This document shows, piece after piece, positions 1-8,574 of a stretch of DNA of 64,000 nucleotides. A model generated the notes under the pieces. That model did not search any database and was not told the origin of the DNA. It was given only the letters and a program-made list of their open reading frames with translations. Source of the DNA: Desulfobacterales bacterium (GTDB lineage: Bacteria > Desulfobacterota > Desulfobacteria > Desulfobacterales > UBA2174); contig CAXXWC010000018.1 of the NCBI GenBank assembly GCA_963668645.2, positions 1 through 64,000 of the forward strand, in the 5' to 3' direction. Position numbers and translations under genes: made by a program. Numbering within the stretch: position 1 is the first letter of the stretch; the number at the start of each line of letters is the position of its first letter.

Positions 1-2
1 GG

Positions 3-656
3 GACCTTCTGGGAGGCGTTGATCCGCAGCGGCTGGTGGTCCTGGGCGGGGGCACAGCCGGCACGGCCGCCGCCTTGCAGGCGGCCGATTTGGGCATTGC
101 GGTCGAGTTGTTCGAGATCGACGTCCATCGCCTGGCCCGGCTCAGGACCCTTTTGCCGGGCAACGTGGTTCTGCACTCCATGCCCAATGACGGGCTGGCG
201 GACGCCGTGGCCGCGGCCGATCTGGTGATCAACACCGCTGGGCTGCCGGCCCGCAGCCCGGTCCACCTGGTGGAGCGGGCCACCGTGAAACGCATGCAGC
301 CGGGCCGGGTCATCGTGGATGTGTCGGCCACCATCGGCGGGGCCGTGGAGACGGTGGAGCGGCTCACTTCCCACGAGGACCCGGTGTTCAGTGTCGACGG
401 GATCCTGCACTACGCGGTACCCAACATCCCAAGCCTCGTGGCGCCGGCAGCCTCGGCAGCCCTGAGCCGCAGCCTGCTCCCCTACCTGATGAAATTGGCT
501 CAAAAGGGGATCCTGGCGGCCCTGGAACACTGTGCGGATCTGCGCCGCGCGCTGGTGTGCACCGGCGGCGTGCTCGTCGATCCGGCCGTGGGCCGGGCCC
601 AGGCACGGCCGTGGCAGGAAGCCCGGGCGGTTTTGCCCACCGATCGGGCCGGATAG
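3..656 (+). CDS. ald: Alanine dehydrogenase-like protein, NAD(H)-binding C-terminal half (5' end outside window)
   Basis: Frame is open from the window edge (DLLGGVDPQRLVVLGGGTAG). Rossmann motif, MQPGRVIVDV...GGAVET, SHEDPVFSVDGILHYAVPNIP and ASAALS match the AlaDH C-terminus, but several motifs are divergent. Confidence 0.75.
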   Translation, partial: DLLGGVDPQRLVVLGGGTAGTAAALQAADLGIAVELFEIDVHRLARLRTLLPGNVVLHSMPNDGLADAVAAADLVINTAGLPARSPVHLVERATVKRMQPGRVIVDVSATIGGAVETVERLTSHEDPVFSVDGILHYAVPNIPSLVAPAASAALSRSLLPYLMKLAQKGILAALEHCADLRRALVCTGGVLVDPAVGRAQARPWQEARAVLPTDRAG

Positions 657-698
657 GTACGAGGCCTGCATCCCGCAAACCGGGAAAAGGCGGGCGTT

Positions 699-2065
699 TC
701 AATCCGCCGGTTGGGGTTGGAAGGCTTGCAGGGCCGGGGCTGATGGATACCGGATAGACGTCCGGTTCGCGGATTTTCTTGAAGCGGTCGTCCAGCAAGG
801 ACAGCTGGAGGCGGCAGCGGTCGCGAATGGCTGTCAGATCGGGCTGGTCTGCGACGATCCTGCCGCCGGACATCACGGTTTCCAGCAGCGGGGCCGCGCC
901 GGAGACGGTCTCGCCGGCCGTGCCGATGATGTCCTGCACAAAACGCCCCTCACCATCCGTATGCCGGAAGACCTGCTTGGCCCCGGCCAGGGTCTTCTTG
1001 CCGGCGGAAAACTTGCGGATCGGCCGGCCGTCGAAGCGCACCAGTTTATAGACGATGTCCAGAAACGGCATGTCGGATGAGACGCCCGCCTGGGTGCCCA
1101 CGCCGAATCCGTCGATGGGCGCCCCGGCAGCGAGGGTGTCGGCGATCTTGAACTCGTCGAACCCGCTGCTGACAAAGATCTCCACATCCGTCAATCCCTC
1201 GTCGTCCAGGATGGCGCGCACCTGGCGGCTCAATTCGACCATGTCACCGCTGTCCAGGCGTACCCCCGCGCAGGCGAAGGCCGCGGGACGCCATCTCCCG
1301 GCCCACCCGGGCCGCGGTGCGAGCTCCCTCGAGGGTGTCGTACGTGTCGATCAAAAACGTGGAAGAATCCGGGAAAAGCTGGGCGTAGGCCCGGAAGGCG
1401 TCCGCTTCGGTGTCGAAAGCGGTCACGAAGGAGTGGGCCATGGTTCCGGACACCGGGATTCCGTAGGCGCGTCCGGCCAGCACGTTGCTGGTGGCGACGA
1501 ATCCGGCGATGTGGCTGGTCCGGGCGAATTTCATCCCCGCGTCCAGGCCCTGGGTGCGGCGCAGGGCGAAATCGACCAGGGGCCGCCCTGCGGCCACGTG
1601 CATGCAGCGGGCCGCCTTGGACGCCAGCATGGTTTCGGTTCCCAGGACGTTGAGCACGAAGGTCTCCAGGAGCTGGGCCTCGAGGATCGGGGCCGTGATC
1701 TCCAGGATCGGTTCGTCCGGAAAAAAAACCGTCCCCTCGGGCATGGCCCGCACCGTGCCGCTAAAGCGCAGCCCGGGCAGCGAATCCAGAAAGGGGCGGG
1801 GAAACAATCCGGTCGCATCGAGGTAGGCGATGTCTGGTTCACTGAAGCGGAAGGCGGCCAGCTCGGCCAGCAGCTCAGCCAGCCCGGCGGCCACCAGGAA
1901 CCCGCGCGGCAGCCGGTCCCGGCGCACATAGACCGAAAAGACCGCCTCGCCTCCAATCCGGTGGGCATGGTAGCCGGCCGCCATGGTCAGTTCGTAAAGA
2001 TCGGTAAACAGGGGCAGGGCGCGTCCGGAAGCGTTTGCCGTATCGGCTTCGGGGTTCGAATTCAT
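699..2065 (-). CDS. pncB: Nicotinate phosphoribosyltransferase, broken by two apparent +1 frameshifts (about 1265 and about 732)
   Basis: LFTDLYELTM, DFALRRTQG, GTMAHSFV and LIDTYDT in ORF 1244-2065; SSGFDE, DGFGVGT and DIVYKL in ORF 388-1242. Removing one G restores GVRLDSGD. Removing one C restores SISPGLQAFQPQPAD* with the stop at 699-701. Confidence 0.9.
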
Positions 2066-2066
2066 G

Positions 2067-2588
2067 TTAACTCACCTCGGCACCGTAGAGCTGCTTCATC
2101 CGTTTGAGGGCAAAGGCGTGCATCCGGGGGTCGAAGTCGGCCACCCCGTCGGCCGGCACGCGGACGCGGTAGTCCCGGTTGGCCAGCCCGCCCACCGTGT
2201 CCATGACGCAGATCGAGGTGCAAACACCCACCACTTCCACCGTTCCGAGCCCTTCGGCTGCCAGTATCCGTTCCAGGTCGGTGCCATAAAAACCGCTGTA
2301 ACGGGTCTTGGCGATCACCGTCTCACCGGCCAGGGGGGCCAGGGCCGGGATGATCTCGGCGCCCCGGGTGCCGGTCACGCAGTGGCGCGGGAATTTTTCG
2401 AATTCCCGATCGTCCGGGGCATGGGCGTCGCAAAGAAAGATCACCGGGTCGCCGGTCCGGCGAAAGGCGTCGAGCCGCGTCCCGATAAAGGGTACGATGG
2501 CCCGGGCCGCCGGCCCGCAGTCCAGGGCCCCGCCTTCCTCGATGAAATCGTTGAGCATGTCCACCACGATGAGTGCCTGTTCCGCCAT
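2067..2588 (-). CDS. pncA: Nicotinamidase / isochorismatase-family cysteine hydrolase
   Basis: ALIVVDMLNDF, DAH, FPRHCV, KTRYSGF and GVCTSICV; lies immediately upstream of pncB. Confidence 0.85.
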   Translation of the reverse strand: MAEQALIVVDMLNDFIEEGGALDCGPAARAIVPFIGTRLDAFRRTGDPVIFLCDAHAPDDREFEKFPRHCVTGTRGAEIIPALAPLAGETVIAKTRYSGFYGTDLERILAAEGLGTVEVVGVCTSICVMDTVGGLANRDYRVRVPADGVADFDPRMHAFALKRMKQLYGAEVS

Positions 2589-2693
2589 CCCCTGCCTCCT
2601 GTATCGTGTAAAGAAGATGTTGCCATGACCTTGAATTGATCCATAAGGCCTCAGGGGGTAAAAGGCAACCGGAAGGTGACAGGTTTTTAGTAT

Positions 2694-5600
2694 TTATTCT
2701 CCCAAGGCCCTTTCACCCAGATTGCCGTAGCGGTGGTAATTGTGGCAGATGCTCTGGGCCTGCAGGTAGTGGAGCAGCTCCAGGCGGCCTTCCATGCGCA
2801 CCGGGGTGCGGGCGATGTAGACCCCACGGGCCGCTGCGGCGGCGAGTACGGCGGCCGGCACCCGGTCGGCGGCGGCGTAGCGCACCCGGTCGATATCGCC
2901 CAGGCGCGCCGCCAGGGATGGGTCGTCTTCCTCGATACGTTGCAGCGCGTCGAGAAAACCGGCCAGCGCCGGATCGTCAAGCAAGCCGGCCACCTCATCG
3001 GCAAGGCCCGGCGGCCGGCTCAGCTCGACGCGATTGCCGGCGATCCGGGCTGCGGCGCAGCGGGCCAGGACCTCGAAGAGGGTGTCGTCGGTGTGGAGCC
3101 GGACCACCACGCGGCCGAGAGGCTTGTAGCGGTAGATGTTGTCCTGCCCGCGCAGGTGGAAGAAATCCATTTCCCGGCCGAACCAGGTTTCCATGCGGTA
3201 AAGGTAGCTTTTGACGGCCCGTACCAGGCGGCTCAGGTCCCCGGCCATCTCCGGGTACCGCCCCCAGTGCAGCCGGCGCTGCAAGGCGTCGGCCCGCTGC
3301 AGCCAGGGCGAGTCGGTGGCCAGGGGGCCGTCCGGGGGCGGTCCGGTTTCTTCGAAGTGCATCAGGGCCGCGACGTAATCCGGACCGCCGGCCTTGAGTC
3401 CCGGACCGAGGGTGCTCTTGCCCGTTGCGCCGAATGGCTGGCGCAGGACCATGGCGCCGGTGGTGCTCCGGTTGATGTAGAGGTTGCCGGCCCTGATGTG
3501 CTTTTTCCAGTAGGCGTGCTCGCGCGCATCGAGACTTTCCAGACCGGCGCTCAGGCCGCAGCCGGCGGCATTGGCCAGGTTCACCGCCTCTTCCAGGGTG
3601 CCGGCCTCCATGACCCCCAGAACGGGGCCGAAAAATTTGCTGGTATGGGTGCGGCTGCCCGCAGAGACGCCCCACTTGATTCCCGCAGACCAGATCCGCG
3701 GATTGGCTGCCTGCTGCCTGGGCGCCAAGGCCCATGATTCGTCCGGTTCGAGGCCTGCCAGGGCGTCTTGCAGCGGTTGGGCGGGAGGGCGGATCAGGGG
3801 GCCCAGGCGGGTTTCGAAATCCCAGGCCGAACCGGCGGCCAGGCTGGCGGCGGCATCCACCAGGGCACGGCGGAACTTGGGATCGGTGTAGACCTCCTTT
3901 TCCAGGATGAGCAGAGAGGTGGCCGAACACTTCCGGTCGCTGTCGGAAAAAGCCGAATCGACCACGTTCTTGATGGCTTGGCCCCGGTCGGCCATGGCAG
4001 TGACGATGGTGGCGTTCTTGCCGCCGGTTTCGGCATACAGGTTCAGGCCCGGGGATCGGGCCAGCATCCGCATTGCGGTTTCGGTGCCCCCGGTGAAGAT
4101 CACGAAGTCGATCTCCCCATGGCCCACCAGAGCTTCGCCCAGGGCGTGGCCCGCACAGGGGACGAACTGCAAGGTTTGGCGAGAAATTCCGGACTGCCAG
4201 AAGCACCGGCACAGGATCCAGGCCGGCAGGACCGCGTCCGAGGCCGGCTTGAAGATCACGGTGTTGCCGGCTGCCAGGGCCGCGGCGATCCCGCCGCAGG
4301 GGATGGCGATGGGAAAATGCCTCGGCGTGATGACCAGCCCCACCCCCCGGCCCCGCGCGGTCATGCCGGAAAGCCGCTCCAGGTCCTGCACCGCGTGGGG
4401 ATAGTATTCGAGAAAGTCCACCGCCTGGGAGACCTCGGCATCCGCTTCGGTAAAAATCTTGCCCGTGGCGGCCAGCGCCGCGCCAATCAGATCCCCCCGG
4501 GCCTGGCGCACCGCCCCGGCCACGCGGCGCAGCACCTGGTGGCGGTCTCGTACCCCGAGCGCCCGCCACCGGTCCGCATCGGCCTTGGCCGCGGCCGCAG
4601 CCAGGTGCAGATCCGCGGATGCGGCGGCGGTCCAGCGGGCCACCACGATCTTCTCGGGCAACCGGTTGGGATCGAGGGCGTCGATCCATTGGCAGTCGTC
4701 GCGCAGCTCTTTTCCGCCGATCACAAGGGGGATTTCCAGTGGCGGATCGGCCGCGCTTTTCTTCCAGCGATGGCGGATTTCCTCGGCCCAGCGGCGGTTG
4801 GGGGCCAGGGAGAAATCGGTGTCCGGTTCGTTGTCGAAGCTTGCCAGGGAAAGGGGGCCGTCCGGCTGGGCTTGCGCCTGCGCGCGGGTCCGGTCCTGGG
4901 TGCGGCGCGGGAGGCCGGAAACCCGGGCCCTGCGGGCGCAGGCATCTTCAAACTGGCGTTGCAGCATCGCCCAGGCCTCGGAGCCGGTGGTCAGTCCGTT
5001 GGCGTGGCGCAGGAAATTTTCCCGGCCGGTGTTTTCGTCCAGGCGGCGGATTAGATAGGCCACGGCGTTTAGGAATTGCTCGGGTCCGGCCACCGGACTG
5101 TAGACGATGACATCCTCATGGATCTCGCGCAGGACCCGCTGCAAAGGGCCGGCCATGCCTTCGAGGATCTCGAAATCGAATCCCGCCTGCCGGCCCTCTT
5201 CACCGGCCAGGCGCCAGGCCAGGGCCAGGTCGAAGATGTTGTGCGAGGCCACCCCGAGGCGCACGGCGTGCAGGTTTTCCGGCTGCAGGCCGAAGACCAT
5301 CATCCGCTTGTAGTTGGCGTCGGTCTCCTGTTTGGTGCCGTAAGGGGCCTGGGGCCAGTTGCGCAGGGCCGCTTCGAGGCGTTCCATTTCCAGGTTGGCT
5401 CCCTTGACGATGCGGATCTTGATCGGTGCTCGGCCCGCCTCGACCCGCCGGCGGGCCCAGGCGGTCAGTTCCTGCTGGATGGCATGGGAATCGGGCAGGT
5501 AGGCCTGGAGGACGATTCCGGCCGAAAGATCGTTGAACTCGGCCAGGTCCAGGGTGCGGCAAAACACGGCCACCGTGATGGCCAGGTCCCGGTATTCCTC

Positions 5601-6308
5601 CATGTCCAGATTGACGAATTTGGGTTTCAGACCCCCGTCCGGGGTTTGGCAGGGGTTGTCCCTGGCGGCCCGGTAGAGGGCGGCCAGCCGGTCGCAAAGC
5701 AGTTCGACGGCGTGGTCGAAGGCCAGAGGATGAATCTGTGAGTAGAGGGTCGAGATCTTGACCGAGATATACTCGATGGCCGGATCCTTGAGATCCTCGA
5801 TGTAGGCGGCCAGCCGGTGCCGGGCTTCTTCCTCGCCGAGAACGGTTTCGCCCAGGTGGTTGAGGTTGACCCGCACCCCTTCGCGGCGGCGCTGGGCCAG
5901 ATAGGCGCTCAATCGATCCGGTTCGCCCGGGATGATCACGTGCCGGGTGTTCTGGCGCATCTTGTCGATCATCCTGGGCACCGAGATCGATGGGAAATGG
6001 CGCCCGATGCCCATAAAGGCTTGGGCCAGGATCCAGTCCAGTTGGGAAAAGGAGCGCGGCACGCCGTGGGTCTGGAGCAGGTATTTCACCTGGTCGGCCA
6101 CCCGCTGCGGGTCCTTGCTGCGGAAGCTCTGGTCGATGAGCCGGGCCAGCAGCACCTTGTCTGCAGGGCTGGCCATCAGGCGTCCCAGTTGATCCTGGAC
6201 CGTCTTTTCCTCGGTCGTGATGCGGCGGTTGGCTTGCTCCTGCCACTTTGCGGCCAATTCGACCGCATCCTGAACCACGTCGAAGGAGAGTGTCAACGCC
6301 ATGTCCAT
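2694..6308 (-). CDS. putA: Bifunctional proline dehydrogenase / P5C dehydrogenase (long type) with a degenerate ALDH domain
   Basis: PRODH motifs DMEEY, LQAYL, IRIVKGANLEME, ASHN and YLIRRLDEN; ALDH motifs FTGG, AETGGKNA, KCSATS and GNLYINR; C-terminus YHRYGNLG. Confidence 0.92.
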   Translation of the reverse strand: MDMALTLSFDVVQDAVELAAKWQEQANRRITTEEKTVQDQLGRLMASPADKVLLARLIDQSFRSKDPQRVADQVKYLLQTHGVPRSFSQLDWILAQAFMGIGRHFPSISVPRMIDKMRQNTRHVIIPGEPDRLSAYLAQRRREGVRVNLNHLGETVLGEEEARHRLAAYIEDLKDPAIEYISVKISTLYSQIHPLAFDHAVELLCDRLAALYRAARDNPCQTPDGGLKPKFVNLDMEEYRDLAITVAVFCRTLDLAEFNDLSAGIVLQAYLPDSHAIQQELTAWARRRVEAGRAPIKIRIVKGANLEMERLEAALRNWPQAPYGTKQETDANYKRMMVFGLQPENLHAVRLGVASHNIFDLALAWRLAGEEGRQAGFDFEILEGMAGPLQRVLREIHEDVIVYSPVAGPEQFLNAVAYLIRRLDENTGRENFLRHANGLTTGSEAWAMLQRQFEDACARRARVSGLPRRTQDRTRAQAQAQPDGPLSLASFDNEPDTDFSLAPNRRWAEEIRHRWKKSAADPPLEIPLVIGGKELRDDCQWIDALDPNRLPEKIVVARWTAAASADLHLAAAAAKADADRWRALGVRDRHQVLRRVAGAVRQARGDLIGAALAATGKIFTEADAEVSQAVDFLEYYPHAVQDLERLSGMTARGRGVGLVITPRHFPIAIPCGGIAAALAAGNTVIFKPASDAVLPAWILCRCFWQSGISRQTLQFVPCAGHALGEALVGHGEIDFVIFTGGTETAMRMLARSPGLNLYAETGGKNATIVTAMADRGQAIKNVVDSAFSDSDRKCSATSLLILEKEVYTDPKFRRALVDAAASLAAGSAWDFETRLGPLIRPPAQPLQDALAGLEPDESWALAPRQQAANPRIWSAGIKWGVSAGSRTHTSKFFGPVLGVMEAGTLEEAVNLANAAGCGLSAGLESLDAREHAYWKKHIRAGNLYINRSTTGAMVLRQPFGATGKSTLGPGLKAGGPDYVAALMHFEETGPPPDGPLATDSPWLQRADALQRRLHWGRYPEMAGDLSRLVRAVKSYLYRMETWFGREMDFFHLRGQDNIYRYKPLGRVVVRLHTDDTLFEVLARCAAARIAGNRVELSRPPGLADEVAGLLDDPALAGFLDALQRIEEDDPSLAARLGDIDRVRYAAADRVPAAVLAAAAARGVYIARTPVRMEGRLELLHYLQAQSICHNYHRYGNLGERALGE

Positions 6309-6412
6309 TCCCCCTGATGAAGTTTAAAAATGCCGCAGTCCGCGCACCGGGATTTGGCGTCCCAGACGTCTCGCAATGACCAGACTCGCGATGTGGTCGT
6401 TTTGCGGGCAGA

Positions 6413-8491
6413 TCAATTCTGGATCACCACCCGGTTGCGGCCGCTGTTTTTGGCGGCATACAGCGCGCAGTCGGCCTCTGCGACGAGGGTTTCCGGAGCG
6501 GTCCTGCCGTCGATCACCCGGCTGGCCCCTCCCAGGCTGACCGTGACCCGCTCGGCGGTGGGAGAGGCGGGATGAAGGATGCCTAGCCCTTCTACGGCGC
6601 GGCGGATCTGTTCGGCCACGCAGAGGGCCCCCGGCGCGTCGGTGTGGCTCAGGATCACGGCGAATTCTTCGCCGCCGTAGCGGGCCACCAGGTCGCCGGG
6701 CCGCCGTGCATGGGCTCTGATGGCGCACGCCACCTTGCGCAGGCATTCATCGCCGGCCAGATGGCCGCTGCTGTCGTTGAAGGCTTTGAAGTGGTCCACG
6801 TCGCAGATCAACAGGCTCAAGGGCTGCTGCTTGCGCCCCATCCGGCGCCATTCGCAATCGAGCCGCTCATCGAAAAAGCGCCGGTTGGCGACCTGGGTCA
6901 GCTCATCGATTACCGCCAGGCGATGCAATTGCGCGTTGGCCCGGTGCAGCGCCTCTTGAGCCTGCTTGCGTTCGTTGAGCTCCTGCTCCAGGCGCTGGTG
7001 GAGCAGGGCATTGTCCAGCACGATGGTGGCCAGCTCCGCCAGACGCATGAGGGCGTCCTGCTCCTCCTGGCCGAAACTTTTTTCCGGCCTCAAATGGGCC
7101 AGCCCCATCACCCCGATGATCTGGCCGCCGTTTTGCAACGGGATGGCCATGACGGCACGCATCGGGTCTAAGAGGCGATTTTCCAGCCGTTCTTCCCAGC
7201 GGCTGTAGTCGGGGATCACCATGGGCTGATTAGAGTTAAAGACCTTGCCCACCAGCCCTTCACCGGGTTTGAGGTGCAGGCCCACCACCCGGTGGAACAT
7301 TCCCAATCCCACTTTGAGCTCAAGCATTTGGTCTTCGGCGCGGTAGAGGAACAGAAAACCGTTGCGGGTGCCGGCCAGGGTTCCGGCACGCTTGAGCACC
7401 GACTCGATCAGCTCGTCGAGGGTCATCCGCCCGATCAGGCTCAGGGTGGCTTCGTGAAGCGCTTCCATGTGGGCGCTGTGGCGGTACAGGGCTGCGTGGG
7501 TCTGTTGCCTCTGGCGCATATCTTCGCGCGCCACGGCGTAGAGCGATCCGATCAGCGCGGTAAAGACGAGGGTCAGAAGGATCAGCATCGACCGCTTTTC
7601 ATCGAAGATCGGGCTGTCGAGTCCGGTAGGAATTTTTTCCCGGTCGGTGAAGATCACGATCCGCCAATCCCTGAAACCGGGAACCAGGGCTTCATGTACG
7701 AGGTACTCGCGTCCGGCTGCGTCCACGGCCCGCCGGTCACCGGTTGGCCACATGCCGATTCCTGAATCCGCGTTCCGGTGATTGCCGGTCCGCTTTTTTT
7801 GCCGCGTGACGGGTTTGCCGGCTTCCGGCCAAACCGGTCTTTGCTGCCATCGGTTGCGGCTGGCGGCGAAAACCCTGCCGTGCGGATCGACCAGCACCCA
7901 GTCGCCGGTAAAGGCATGGTTGATTTCGGCCTCTAGGGGTTCGACGGTGTTCTTGATCACCACGACACCCAGAAGGGGATTTCCGTCACCGCCGGCCGTT
8001 ACCGGGTGGCTGCTGTAGATTCCCCGTTTTCCGGAGATCCGCCCCACGCCCAGGTCAACCCACGGCATGCCCCGCATGGCGTTTTGGAAGTAGGGTTGAA
8101 AGGCGTAATCATAGCTTGCAACATTGGGCGGGCGGGGGGGCTTGGAAGTGGCTACGATCAATCCGCCGGCATTCATCAGGTAGCAGACATCGGCATTCAG
8201 GGCCTGTCGGAAACGGCCCAGGAGCCGTTCGGCAGCCAGGAGCTGTTCGGCCTCCGGTTGCTTGAGGGCTTCGACCACCGCCGGCAGGCCGGCCAGGATG
8301 CGCGCCGTCTTGATGTTTTCTCGCAATGCATCTGCTATCCGGCTGGCAATGGCGCCGACCTCGGACGCCATGCGCACTTCAGCGTCGGTCAGCGCGGCGG
8401 TCCTCATGGCTCTGTAGTAGACGTAAGCGCCGGCCGTAAAGGCGGCCAGGGCCAGAAGGGTCAGGGCGAGAATGGTAATCCTTAGTTTCAT
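6413..8491 (-). CDS. Membrane-bound diguanylate cyclase (periplasmic Cache-like, GAF, GGDEF)
   Basis: Two TM segments flanking a Cache-like region (YFQNAMRG), then a GAF domain, DELTQVANRR, DVDHFKAFND, an RPGD I-site and RYGGEEF. Confidence 0.9.
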   Translation of the reverse strand: MKLRITILALTLLALAAFTAGAYVYYRAMRTAALTDAEVRMASEVGAIASRIADALRENIKTARILAGLPAVVEALKQPEAEQLLAAERLLGRFRQALNADVCYLMNAGGLIVATSKPPRPPNVASYDYAFQPYFQNAMRGMPWVDLGVGRISGKRGIYSSHPVTAGGDGNPLLGVVVIKNTVEPLEAEINHAFTGDWVLVDPHGRVFAASRNRWQQRPVWPEAGKPVTRQKKRTGNHRNADSGIGMWPTGDRRAVDAAGREYLVHEALVPGFRDWRIVIFTDREKIPTGLDSPIFDEKRSMLILLTLVFTALIGSLYAVAREDMRQRQQTHAALYRHSAHMEALHEATLSLIGRMTLDELIESVLKRAGTLAGTRNGFLFLYRAEDQMLELKVGLGMFHRVVGLHLKPGEGLVGKVFNSNQPMVIPDYSRWEERLENRLLDPMRAVMAIPLQNGGQIIGVMGLAHLRPEKSFGQEEQDALMRLAELATIVLDNALLHQRLEQELNERKQAQEALHRANAQLHRLAVIDELTQVANRRFFDERLDCEWRRMGRKQQPLSLLICDVDHFKAFNDSSGHLAGDECLRKVACAIRAHARRPGDLVARYGGEEFAVILSHTDAPGALCVAEQIRRAVEGLGILHPASPTAERVTVSLGGASRVIDGRTAPETLVAEADCALYAAKNSGRNRVVIQN

Positions 8492-8574
8492 GATCTTGAT
8501 GCTTTATGCGCAGTCGCCATCTTGGTCAAGTTTAAAGAGGACCACCCGACGGCCCTGGTGCGCCCCAGGGCATC

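Noticed and set aside
1242..1267. Selenocysteine readthrough or programmed frameshift in pncB
   Set aside because: The TGA is out of frame with the downstream half, and one extra G in a 5-G run explains the break.
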